From: Nitrospirota bacterium | GTDB lineage: Bacteria; JACPQY01 | DNA: 64,000 nt | Assembly (NCBI GenBank): GCA_016180645.1 | Contig: JACPAV010000033.1 | Coordinates: 1-64,000 of the forward strand | Direction: 5' to 3' | Shown: piece by piece, positions 27,470 to 36,632 of the stretch | Numbering within the stretch: the first letter of the stretch is position 1 | Layout of the letters: the number at the start of each line of letters is the position of its first letter | Notes under the pieces: generated by a model | Database searches by the model: none | Seen by the model: only the letters and a program-made list of their open reading frames with translations | What the model was told of the DNA's origin: nothing | Translations under genes and position numbers: made by a program

Positions 27470-29335
27470 ATGGAACCTGGTCAGACACAAAACGCGGGGA
27501 CCGTTCCCGCCACGCGACTGCCGGACCCCAAAAAAGGTGAGGGGTCCACGCCCCAGGCGGCGGCGGAAATCATGGCGCCCCTGTGGGCCTCCTACAAGAC
27601 GGACGAGTGGGGAACCGCGCGGGGCGCGATTTCGGAGCTCCAGAACCAGGAGATCGCCAATCTCGAAAGCTACATTCAGCGCTTCCTGGAAGGCCGGATG
27701 GACGAAAACATGTTCAAGCCCATGCGGCTCTACATGGGGATCTACGGCCAGCGGCAGGGCGGCACGAACCAGATGGTCCGGATCAAGATTCCCTTCGGCC
27801 GATTGAATGCCGACCAACTGGAGCGGATCGCCGACGTGGCGGACACGTTTGCCCCACGAAAAATTGCGCATGTCACCACGCGTCAGGATTTTCAGCTCCA
27901 TTTCGTCCAGTTGAAGAACGTGCCGGCGCTGCTTCGTCGGCTCGCGGAAGCCGGCGTGACCACCCGCGAGGCGTGCGGGAATACCGTTCGAAACGTGACC
28001 GGTTGCCACCGCCTCGGAGTCTGCCCGACGGAACCGTTCGACCTTTCGCCGTACGCGGACGTCGTTTCGAAGTTTTTCCTGCGGAACCCCCATTGCAAGA
28101 ACCTTCCCCGGAAATTCAAGATTGCCTTCTCCGGCTGCCCGCACGACTGCGCCGCCGCGAGCATTCACGACATCGGCATCTTCGCTAAATCGAGGGACGT
28201 GGACGGAAAGAAGGAGTACGGGTTCCGAATCCTCGCAGGAGGCGGTCTCGGCGCGGCGCCGCGGTCCGCCAAACTCCTGGAGGAGTTCATTCCTGTGGAG
28301 ATGCTTCTCCCGACGTGCGCCGCGCTCGTTCGCGTCTTCAATCGCACGGGGAACCGCAAGAATCGATACCGGGCCCGGATGAAGTTTGTGATCCAGACCC
28401 TTGGTTGGGAGAAGTTTGTTCAGGAAGTGAGGAAGGAAAGGGATGCGGTCCTGAAGGAAACCTTGCCCACGCTACCGGTTCAGGTGCCTAACCCCCTTTT
28501 GGCCGGGGGATCAAACGGAGCAGGCCGCGCGGTTCCCGCCGGAGTGGATCTCATGTGGTTTCAGAAAGCATGCAGCTCCCAGCGCCAGTCGGGTCAATTC
28601 CTCGTCAATCTTCATCTCTTCCGGGGAGACGTGACCGTGGCCCAGATGCGGGGTCTGGTTGCGCTACTCCGGCGCAACCCCGAGATCGAACTCCGGTTGA
28701 CGTTCCAGCAGAACATGGCGCTCCGCAACGTGGGCGGGGGCAAGCTGAAAGCGGTTCACTCCGAGCTTTCCGCGCTCGGCCTGGCCCGCGCCGATGCGGA
28801 ATCGACCATGGATGTGACGGTTTGTCCCGGAGCGGATACCTGCAATCTGGCCAAGACGCACTCGTACGGCTTGGCCTCCCAGCTTACGGCGCAGCTCAAG
28901 GACAATCCGACGGTGAACGGGTATCGGATCAAGATCAGCGGGTGCGAGAACGCCTGCGGTCAACATCAGGTGGCCGACTTGGGATTCTATGGGTGCATTC
29001 GCAGGGCGGGGGGCCGGATCGTTCCCCACTACGTCATCCAATTGGGGGGCGGAACCTCCGAGGATGGCGCCGTCTTTGGCCGCGAAATCGTGAAGGTTCC
29101 GGCCCGGCGAATCGCGGAAGCGGTTCGCCGACTGGCCGAGATGTATCAGAAGGAGAAAGCGAACGGAGAAAAATTCTCGGGCTTCTTGCGGAGGGTCGAC
29201 AAGGAGCACGTGAAAGAGTCGATCCGGGATCTGATCGCGCTTCCCACCTTTGAGGAAAATCCCGATGCGTATCGCGATGTGGGCGAGGAAAAGGACTACG
29301 AATTCCTCGAAAAAGAGGGCGAGTGCGCCGCGTAG
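27470..29335 (+). CDS. Ferredoxin-dependent sulfite/nitrite reductase (siroheme, 4Fe-4S)
   Basis: HVTTRQDFQLH, LPRKFKIAFSGC, CPGADTC, ISGCENACGQH; start 27458 (TTG) or 27470 (ATG). Confidence 0.92.
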   Translation: MEPGQTQNAGTVPATRLPDPKKGEGSTPQAAAEIMAPLWASYKTDEWGTARGAISELQNQEIANLESYIQRFLEGRMDENMFKPMRLYMGIYGQRQGGTNQMVRIKIPFGRLNADQLERIADVADTFAPRKIAHVTTRQDFQLHFVQLKNVPALLRRLAEAGVTTREACGNTVRNVTGCHRLGVCPTEPFDLSPYADVVSKFFLRNPHCKNLPRKFKIAFSGCPHDCAAASIHDIGIFAKSRDVDGKKEYGFRILAGGGLGAAPRSAKLLEEFIPVEMLLPTCAALVRVFNRTGNRKNRYRARMKFVIQTLGWEKFVQEVRKERDAVLKETLPTLPVQVPNPLLAGGSNGAGRAVPAGVDLMWFQKACSSQRQSGQFLVNLHLFRGDVTVAQMRGLVALLRRNPEIELRLTFQQNMALRNVGGGKLKAVHSELSALGLARADAESTMDVTVCPGADTCNLAKTHSYGLASQLTAQLKDNPTVNGYRIKISGCENACGQHQVADLGFYGCIRRAGGRIVPHYVIQLGGGTSEDGAVFGREIVKVPARRIAEAVRRLAEMYQKEKANGEKFSGFLRRVDKEHVKESIRDLIALPTFEENPDAYRDVGEEKDYEFLEKEGECAA

Positions 29336-29359
29336 TGAAGCGCACGCTCACCGCGCATC

Positions 29360-30937
29360 ATGACCGAAGGGGAGAACCCGCCGCAGTCTGACCCTCCGGC
29401 GTCCGGCGACGACGCCTTTCCACTCAACACGGTCATCGTAGGATCCACCGGCCCGGGCGCACCGGGATCGGGACGGCGTCGCGCTTCGCCCTCACACGTC
29501 TGGGAGCGCCTGACCCATCTCCTCACGGAGCGCGGCCTCGTTCGCGCCCTTTCGTTTCTGCTGCGACGGTTGCACAAACCGCTGGTTCTGCTGGGCGCCT
29601 TGATTCTGTACCGCGTGGTCTCGTCCTCCTCCCTGCTTCAGGGTCTGGATGACACGGGCCGAAAAACATTGGCCGTCTTCGGAGTGGCGGTGCTCCTGTG
29701 GATGACGGGCGTTCTCCCCATGATGGTCACGAGTCTCCTCGTGCTTCTCCTTCTCCCTTCACTCGACATCCTGACGCCGAGGGAGACCTTCGCCCTTTTC
29801 ACGAATGACGCCTCGATTTTCATCCTCGGGGTTTTCATCCTGAGCGGGGCATTGATTGAAACCGGGATCACCCGCCGGATTGCGCTCCTCCTCATGCGGC
29901 GATTCGGACAATCCCCGCTCTCTCTTCTCTTCGTCGTATTCATCACCAATTCCGCGCTGTCGTTCTTCATTTCGGAGCATGCGGTGGCGGCGATGATGTT
30001 TCCCATCCTTCTGGAGCTGGCCCACGCCATCCAGATGGTCTCCCCCTCCGCTTCGTACACGCGCGCCCTCGTTCTCTGCGCGGCATGGGGGACCACCACC
30101 GGAGGGATTCTCACCCTCCTGGGCGGCGGCCGCGCCCCGTTGGCGCTTGGAATCCTTCGCGAAACCACCGGCCAGTCGATTGGATTCTTCGAATGGATCA
30201 AGTTCTCTCTGCCCGTGACCGTGGCCATGATCGCGGCGGCCTTCCTGACGCTGCGCATTTTCCTGAAATCGGATCTCCAGAGCATGGCCGGGGCGCGTCA
30301 ATATCTGGAGCACCGGGCCAAGGAGTTGGGGCACGTTCGGCTGCGTGAAGTGATCTGCCTGGGAATTCTGGTCTTGTGCATCGCCCTGTGGGCAATCCTG
30401 GGTGAGAAGCACGGGATGGCCTCCATCGCCCTCCTGGGCGCCGTGCTCGTTTTTGTTTTCGGCGTGTCGCACTGGCGGGATGTCGAGGCCAACGTGAACT
30501 GGGGGATCTTTGTGATGTACGGCGGCGCGATCTGCCTCGCCCAAGCCCTGAACAAGACCGGCGTGGCGGGATGGGTCTCTCAGAACGTGGTGGTCGGATT
30601 TGGGCAGTCTCCCGCAGCCGTGCTCGTCCTCGTCATTCTGATGGCACTGGTGCTCACGGAGTTCATGAGCAATGCCGCGGTGGTGGCCGTATTGCTTCCA
30701 GTGGCGCTTCCTCTGGCCGCTCCCCTTGGCCTCGATCCGAAGATTCTGACTCTTGCCACCGCGTTGCCCGCTGGGCTCAACTTCATCTTTCCTATCGCAA
30801 CACCCGCGAACGCCATCGCTTTCTCCTCAGGCTTCCTCCGCATCAGGGACGTCTTCCTTCCAGGCCTGCTCCTCGACCTCACGGCGTTCAGTGTACTGGT
30901 CGTGACGGCCCTCTACATCTGGCCCCACCTCTCCTAG
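29360..30937 (+). CDS. SLC13/DASS sodium:anion symporter
   Basis: Many TMs, LTEFMSNAA, FPIATPANAIAF. Confidence 0.88.
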   Translation: MTEGENPPQSDPPASGDDAFPLNTVIVGSTGPGAPGSGRRRASPSHVWERLTHLLTERGLVRALSFLLRRLHKPLVLLGALILYRVVSSSSLLQGLDDTGRKTLAVFGVAVLLWMTGVLPMMVTSLLVLLLLPSLDILTPRETFALFTNDASIFILGVFILSGALIETGITRRIALLLMRRFGQSPLSLLFVVFITNSALSFFISEHAVAAMMFPILLELAHAIQMVSPSASYTRALVLCAAWGTTTGGILTLLGGGRAPLALGILRETTGQSIGFFEWIKFSLPVTVAMIAAAFLTLRIFLKSDLQSMAGARQYLEHRAKELGHVRLREVICLGILVLCIALWAILGEKHGMASIALLGAVLVFVFGVSHWRDVEANVNWGIFVMYGGAICLAQALNKTGVAGWVSQNVVVGFGQSPAAVLVLVILMALVLTEFMSNAAVVAVLLPVALPLAAPLGLDPKILTLATALPAGLNFIFPIATPANAIAFSSGFLRIRDVFLPGLLLDLTAFSVLVVTALYIWPHLS

Positions 30938-31092
30938 ACCGGCTACATCACCATGGCGGCCGACACCGGGGGCCGTGCGTCAATCGGACAACGATTCTGA
31001 AGCTCGGCCGCCCGCGTTTTCGCATTCTCAAGCGGTGAGTAAGACTCCTTATCCTCCAGTACATTTTGACGAACGTCGATGTGGGAAAGTCT

Positions 31093-32748
31093 ATGGGTGT
31101 GAGAATCGGCGTCACCGTCAACCACGCAGTCAATGCCCTCAACCGGCATGCGGCTGCGGCTCAGCACAGCATCGAGAAGCTCTCATCGGGCCGCCGGGTC
31201 GTCCGCGCGGCGGATGACGTCGCCAATCTAGGAAAGATCAACCGGTTCACCGTGGACGCGGCGGCGCGGGGCGTGGCCGTCCAAAATGCCAACTCGCTCA
31301 TCAATGTGCTCCAGATCGCGGACCAAACGCTGGCGGACACCGTGGAAAAAATGAACAAGATGAGGACGCTCCTGCTCCAAGCGGCGAACGGGACGGTCTC
31401 ATCCGAGGCAAAGGTCTCGCTTCAGAACGAGCTGGCAAGTTTGCTTTCGGAAATCAACCGCGGCGCGAGAGGGGCCAGATACGGAAGCAACTATCTGATG
31501 GCGCCGGAGATCCGGGATTTTGACAGCCGGACGCCGGTCATGACGTTCGTGGATTCAGTCCAGGCGTCCGTCTCCTCCGGATCGGCCTACAAAGCGTTGA
31601 AGGCGAGACTTCCACAGATGATCACGGGTTCGATCAACAGGGTCTACGGCACGCTGGGCATTCTCCCTCCCTCAAACACACCGATGACGGTGACGCTTCA
31701 GGATGATCCTAACGGCGGCGATGGAGAGCAAGGGATACTGGCGACGGGCGGCGGGGGCATGGCGCCCGCGATGACGCTGGTTATCGATGTGGACGACTTC
31801 CTGAACCTCAATGGAGGAACGGCCACGGTGAGCGACGATTCCTCCACCGGCGCGACCTTCACTCCGGAAATGATTGTTGTCCACGAAATGGTGCACGCGG
31901 TTACGGCCACCATCGGGGCCGGTCCGGGCGTCGGCGGCGATTCGGATTGGGGGAATCACATACTCGCCAACTGGGTATCCGGGGAAGGCGGGATGCGCAC
32001 GAAGGGCGACCCTGCGGGAACTTCGGCTGAGATGGCGGACGGCATCTACGACTGGGCCGGCTCCTCGTCGGACTACACGCAGAACGCACTCATCGGGCAG
32101 TTTCTCGCCAAGGATCTGGGAGCCGAGCGGTTCGAAAGGATCATCCGGTACGTTCAGGCCGTGGGCGCGGGGGCCACGCTCTGGCGGGACGCCGTTCTCA
32201 GCTCAGTCTCCGACACATACGCCGGGTCCGCTGCTCTCCAGACCGCCGTCCAAGCCTACGCCACGGACTACATCAACAACCAACTCTACAACCGGCTGGA
32301 GCAGGTGGGCATGGGCTGGACGTCCGATTTCGACGGCGGCACGCCGGGGACGGTCATCCAGTCTGTCTACAGCCCCACCGCCGATCGGATCGTGGAGTTC
32401 AACATACCCTACGCCACCGCGGGAGCGATCAACTACCTCGCCCTCGTGGATGGATCCACTTCAGATCTCGCGCAGCTCTCACTGGCGACGGTGGACGAAG
32501 CGCTGGAATCGGTGGCGTTCGAACGCGGACAACTCGGAGCCCAGATGGGGATGCTTCAGGAAGCCGCCCGCGCGTTGGAGAACGAACAGACAACGCTGAC
32601 CTCGGCCCTGTCGAGTCTCGCCGACGTGGATACGGCGGACGAGATCACGGAGTTCACCCGGAGGTCCCTGCTCACACAGTCCTCCACCGCGTTCCTGGCC
32701 CAGGCACAGAACCTGGACCGGGAAATCGTTCTGGGGTTGTTGACCTAG
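31093..32748 (+). CDS. Divergent flagellin with internal HExxH metallopeptidase domain (flagellinolysin-like)
   Basis: EKLSSGRRV.RAADD, QAANGT, RGQLGA, ADVD.A.E; central HEMVH. Confidence 0.85.
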   Translation: MGVRIGVTVNHAVNALNRHAAAAQHSIEKLSSGRRVVRAADDVANLGKINRFTVDAAARGVAVQNANSLINVLQIADQTLADTVEKMNKMRTLLLQAANGTVSSEAKVSLQNELASLLSEINRGARGARYGSNYLMAPEIRDFDSRTPVMTFVDSVQASVSSGSAYKALKARLPQMITGSINRVYGTLGILPPSNTPMTVTLQDDPNGGDGEQGILATGGGGMAPAMTLVIDVDDFLNLNGGTATVSDDSSTGATFTPEMIVVHEMVHAVTATIGAGPGVGGDSDWGNHILANWVSGEGGMRTKGDPAGTSAEMADGIYDWAGSSSDYTQNALIGQFLAKDLGAERFERIIRYVQAVGAGATLWRDAVLSSVSDTYAGSAALQTAVQAYATDYINNQLYNRLEQVGMGWTSDFDGGTPGTVIQSVYSPTADRIVEFNIPYATAGAINYLALVDGSTSDLAQLSLATVDEALESVAFERGQLGAQMGMLQEAARALENEQTTLTSALSSLADVDTADEITEFTRRSLLTQSSTAFLAQAQNLDREIVLGLLT

Positions 32749-33908
32749 TTCTGCCCGAGGACGACGACGCAGGAAACCGCGCCGGGGCCGCCCACGTTGT
32801 GTGCGAGGGCATAGGGACGGCCGTTGTTCACTTGATTCTTGGCTGCGCGCCCCTGGAGTTGGCGGGTGGCCTCCACGATCATTCGGACGCCGCTCGCGCC
32901 GATGGGATGTCCGAACGATTTCAGACCGCCGCTGGCGTTCACCGGGATGTCGCCGTCGAGCGCCGTCCGCCCCTCTTCAATCAATCGCCAACCCTCCCCC
33001 TTTTTCGCGAATCCGAGATCCTCGTAGTTCGAGATCTCGGTCCAAGTGAAGCAATCATGCACTTCGGCGCAACGGATCTCCTTCGCCGGCTCCTTGATCC
33101 CCGCCTGCTCGTAGGCCTGCTGGGCGGCGAGTTGGGTGGCTTTGAATCCGAGATAGTCGAATTGGGAATCGTTGTAGGGGCGACCGCTGGTTACGGCGAG
33201 GCCGACGCCTTTGAGAAGCACGTAGTCCTTGCGGAACTGCTTGGCCATGTCCGCCCGGCAGATGATCGCTGCCGCGGCGCCGTCCGTCGTCGGACAGCAA
33301 TCGAACAATCCGAAAGGCGAGGCGATCAATGGGGCTTTCATGACCTGATCCAAGGTGACTTCCATCTGGAAATGTGCCTTGGGATGGAGCGAGCCGTTGT
33401 GGTGGTTCTTCACGGCCACTTTGGCGAGGGTCTCCTTCTTCACGCCGAACGTGTGCATGTACCGGTTGGCTGCAAGGGCGAAAATGCCGGGAGCGGTATT
33501 GCCGCGTCCGAGCAGGGGGTGGCCGTAGTCGCGCGCGATGCCGCGTCCGCCGCGGTCCTTCATTTTCTCCGCGCCGAGCGCGAGGACAACGTCGTACATG
33601 CCGGAGGCTACGGCAAAGGCGGCATTCCGAAACGCTTCCATGCCGGTGGCGCAGAAATTCTCGACGCGTGTGATGGGGATATTGTAAAGGCGCAAGGGGT
33701 CGGCGAGGCTCACGCCGGCCTTTCCGCCGTGCGCTCCCGGGTTGTACGTTCCAATCCAGGCCGCCTGGATACGATCCGGCTCAATCCCCGCTTCCGCGAT
33801 CGCCTCGAAACCGGCCTCCACGACGAGTTCGTCAAACCCGGCGTCGAACCGATCGCCGAACTTGCAACACCCCGTTCCGATCACGGCGACCTTGTCGGTA
33901 ATACTCAT
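32745..33908 (-). CDS. Acetyl-CoA acetyltransferase (SCP-x-type thiolase)
   Basis: VENFCATG, EVHDCF, GHPIGASG, HNVGG. Confidence 0.92.
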   Translation of the reverse strand: MSITDKVAVIGTGCCKFGDRFDAGFDELVVEAGFEAIAEAGIEPDRIQAAWIGTYNPGAHGGKAGVSLADPLRLYNIPITRVENFCATGMEAFRNAAFAVASGMYDVVLALGAEKMKDRGGRGIARDYGHPLLGRGNTAPGIFALAANRYMHTFGVKKETLAKVAVKNHHNGSLHPKAHFQMEVTLDQVMKAPLIASPFGLFDCCPTTDGAAAAIICRADMAKQFRKDYVLLKGVGLAVTSGRPYNDSQFDYLGFKATQLAAQQAYEQAGIKEPAKEIRCAEVHDCFTWTEISNYEDLGFAKKGEGWRLIEEGRTALDGDIPVNASGGLKSFGHPIGASGVRMIVEATRQLQGRAAKNQVNNGRPYALAHNVGGPGAVSCVVVLGQN

Positions 33909-33925
33909 CTTCTACCTCCCGTCGA

Positions 33926-35344
33926 TCACGCTCGCGCGGGTCGGGCTTTCCAGAAGTAGTTCCGGAAGCCGCCGCCATCGTGGAACCAGCGCAGCGACAT
34001 CTCCACCGGCATTCCAATTTCGAACTTGTCGGCATCGCAATCGGTCGCTTGGGTGTATACGCGTCCGCCACCCTCCAAGTCGACAACGGCCATCAATTGG
34101 GGAGACAGGGTGCCTTCGAAGAGATAATCCTTGGTCATGGTGAAAACCTTCCCCCGGCGGGAAAGCCGCTTTTCCTCCATTTGATCCTTGGTCCGACATC
34201 CCTGGCAGACGCGTGCTTGAGGGAAGTGAACGAAACCGCATTTCTTGCAACGGCTCCCGTGGAGTTGAAGGTTTTGCGCGTGTTCCTTCTGCGCCAGCAC
34301 GTTCGTGACATTCGGCGCGGGAATGCTCGGCCCGAGGATCCCCTGGACTTTCAGGTATTCCTCGTAGTTTTTCATCTCGCGCCGAAAGCCGAGGATCTTT
34401 TCCAGGTCCAACTTCTTCTTGAGGTCGTTGATCCTATCCGTCGTGCGCAGCAGAAGGATGTCGCATCCATCTCCGTAGCCGACCATGGCGTAGCGCTGAT
34501 CGGGTTTAGACTTGGCCAGCGCGGCGGCGAGTCCCAAAAAGATATGCGGGGTTCCCGTGAAGCCGGTCTTGTCCGCAAATACCTCCTGATACTGCCGGGC
34601 AGGATCGAGCCCGAGGCTCTTCGCGAATCCTTGCCCCGTCTTGGCATTCGCCGCCGGCAGAATGATCCCGTCCAAGTCGGCTGCCTTGAAGCCGTCGGCT
34701 TTGGAGAGTGCTCCAAAGGCCTGCTTGAGAACGCGCCCCATGCCGTACTGCTGGCCGAACCGTGTCTCGTCACCCGCGATGAATTCGTCCGATTCCTTTC
34801 GCCACTCGTCCAGGAAATCATCGGTCCAGGTGGAGACCTTCTCGATTTCGACGGCGATATTCTCGTTGGAGATCAGGAATGCCGCCGCCGCATCACCCGA
34901 GGTGGATTCCTGCGGAGTTTCCGGCTCGGTGGGACGCCTGTCCGCGGCCACCACGAGGATCGATTCGGCCGATCCGGCGAGAATCGCGTTGCGCGCGCCG
35001 CGGAGAGCGCTTGTTCCTCCGCGCAGACTCCCCGCGAAATCAATCGTGTCCATTTGGGCGGGAAGGTCGCACGCGGCGGCGATCACACTCGCCGCCTGCT
35101 TCTGGAGATACGGGGAGGTCGTGGAGGCGAAGTAGAGGCCGTCGATCGACTTGCGCGTAGGCTCGCCCAAGGCGGCCAAAGCCGCTTCGGCGCCGAGCGT
35201 CAGCGCGTCCTCGTCAAAATTGGCGACCGCCTTCTCGCCGCCGCCGCTCTTCCCACCCCAAGCGCGGGCGATCTCCTCCCGCTTCAGCCGGAAGGCTGGG
35301 ACGTAGACGCCGATATCCGAAATGCCGACCGGAGTGGACGCCAC
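33926..35344 (-). CDS. HMG-CoA synthase-like domain fused to DUF35 Zn-ribbon/OB-fold
   Basis: DEDALTL, GDAAAA, GYGDG; CKKCG..CQGC; catalytic-Cys region reads GSLRGGT. Confidence 0.88.
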   Translation of the reverse strand: MASTPVGISDIGVYVPAFRLKREEIARAWGGKSGGGEKAVANFDEDALTLGAEAALAALGEPTRKSIDGLYFASTTSPYLQKQAASVIAAACDLPAQMDTIDFAGSLRGGTSALRGARNAILAGSAESILVVAADRRPTEPETPQESTSGDAAAAFLISNENIAVEIEKVSTWTDDFLDEWRKESDEFIAGDETRFGQQYGMGRVLKQAFGALSKADGFKAADLDGIILPAANAKTGQGFAKSLGLDPARQYQEVFADKTGFTGTPHIFLGLAAALAKSKPDQRYAMVGYGDGCDILLLRTTDRINDLKKKLDLEKILGFRREMKNYEEYLKVQGILGPSIPAPNVTNVLAQKEHAQNLQLHGSRCKKCGFVHFPQARVCQGCRTKDQMEEKRLSRRGKVFTMTKDYLFEGTLSPQLMAVVDLEGGGRVYTQATDCDADKFEIGMPVEMSLRWFHDGGGFRNYFWKARPARA

Positions 35345-35347
35345 TCG

Positions 35348-36193
35348 CTACTCCATCATGATCTTCTTGATGTTCTGCTGGATTTCCGGGGCTGACCAGA
35401 TACCGGAATCCTTCCGGACACCGTTGGACACGGCCATCTTGTATTCGAACAGATGCCGACCCTGAGTGCCGAAGATTTTTCCGGTGATATCGGCGGAGAG
35501 ATCCGACGCGAGAAAAAGAACGATGGGCGTAATGTGTTGGGGGCCGAGCTCCTCCTCGCTGACGCCCTGGAACATCGCGAGGTCCGATGTCATCCGGGTG
35601 AGGGCGGCGGGGGCGATCGCATTCACGGTGATGGCGTATTTCATTCCTTCCATCGAAACGGTGCGGGTGAACCCGTAAATGCCGGCCTTGGCCGAGCTGT
35701 AGTTGGCCTGGCCGAAGTTCCCCATCAAACCCGATACCGAAGTGGTGTTAATGATGCGGCCGCCCTTGCCGTTTTCCTTCATCCACGTAAATACGGGCTG
35801 GGTGACGCAGAACGTGCCCTTGAGGTGGACGGCGATGACAGCGTCCCATTCGGCTTCGCTCATTTTCGCCAGCGATTTGTCACGCAGGATGCCCGCGTTG
35901 TTGACCAAGATGTCGACCTTCCCGAATGCGCTCAACGCCGACTTGAGAATGTTTTGACCGCCCTCCACCGTGGCCACGTTGTCGTAGCTGGGCGCGGCCG
36001 CCCCGCCGGCTTTCTTGATTTCATCGACCACCGTATCGGCCGCCATCTTCCCGCCGCCGCCGCCGGATCGGTCGCCACCGAGGTCGTTCACAACAACCTT
36101 GGCACCCTCTTTCGCAAACGCCAGGCAGTGGCTCCGGCCGATGCCGTTCGCTCCGCCCGTGATAATTGCTACTTTTCCGTCGAGTAGTCCCAT
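35348..36193 (-). CDS. Short-chain dehydrogenase (3-hydroxyacyl-CoA dehydrogenase-like)
   Basis: TGGANGIG, VNNAGILRD, YSSAK; RBS AAGGAGG. Confidence 0.92.
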   Translation of the reverse strand: MGLLDGKVAIITGGANGIGRSHCLAFAKEGAKVVVNDLGGDRSGGGGGKMAADTVVDEIKKAGGAAAPSYDNVATVEGGQNILKSALSAFGKVDILVNNAGILRDKSLAKMSEAEWDAVIAVHLKGTFCVTQPVFTWMKENGKGGRIINTTSVSGLMGNFGQANYSSAKAGIYGFTRTVSMEGMKYAITVNAIAPAALTRMTSDLAMFQGVSEEELGPQHITPIVLFLASDLSADITGKIFGTQGRHLFEYKMAVSNGVRKDSGIWSAPEIQQNIKKIMME

Positions 36194-36210
36194 GGGAAAC
36201 CTCCTTCTAA

Positions 36211-36307
36211 GAGCCTCTGACAGAATGCCGATTCGTAGGGGAGCATCTTCAGATGCTCCCTCTTGTCGGGAGGGTCTGAAGACCCTCCCCTACGCATTCT
36301 GTTAGAC
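36211..36307 (-). mobile_element. REP-containing MITE-like element, copy 4
   Basis: TAA-GAGCCTCTGACAGAATGCCGATTC-GTAG..CTAC-GCATTCTGTTAGAC. Confidence 0.88.
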
Positions 36308-36632
36308 AGGTTGTGCGGATTGGTCCTCCCTTATGTGGGGCGCTCGGCCCTTGCTTCAGTATCCTGCACACGCGGGGGAGCATAGGACAGGAACGGGAGG
36401 GAGGTCAAGAGGAACATAACGCATTGCGTCGAACCCGCCGTGGGCGTGAGGCGGTTGACCGTCGCCCCGTCGCGCCGCGTATGGCGTGGCTTCACGGGCT
36501 CGCCCCAGTTGGCTGCAATGTCTATTGTCAAGTACGTCCCCGAAAAACCGTTCCATACCGCACCGTAGCCGATGGACACCGCGCAAGAAGCGCCCCCCGC
36601 CGCGCGGAGATCACATCCCGCCGCACCGGCCG

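Noticed and set aside
32745-32748. Convergent genes sharing a palindromic stop (CTAG here; TTAA at 43025-43028)
   Set aside because: Common 4-nt convergent overlap in compact genomes
36313-36630. Short ORFs and a possible operator upstream of the SDR operon
   Set aside because: No coding signature and no clean palindrome I can defend
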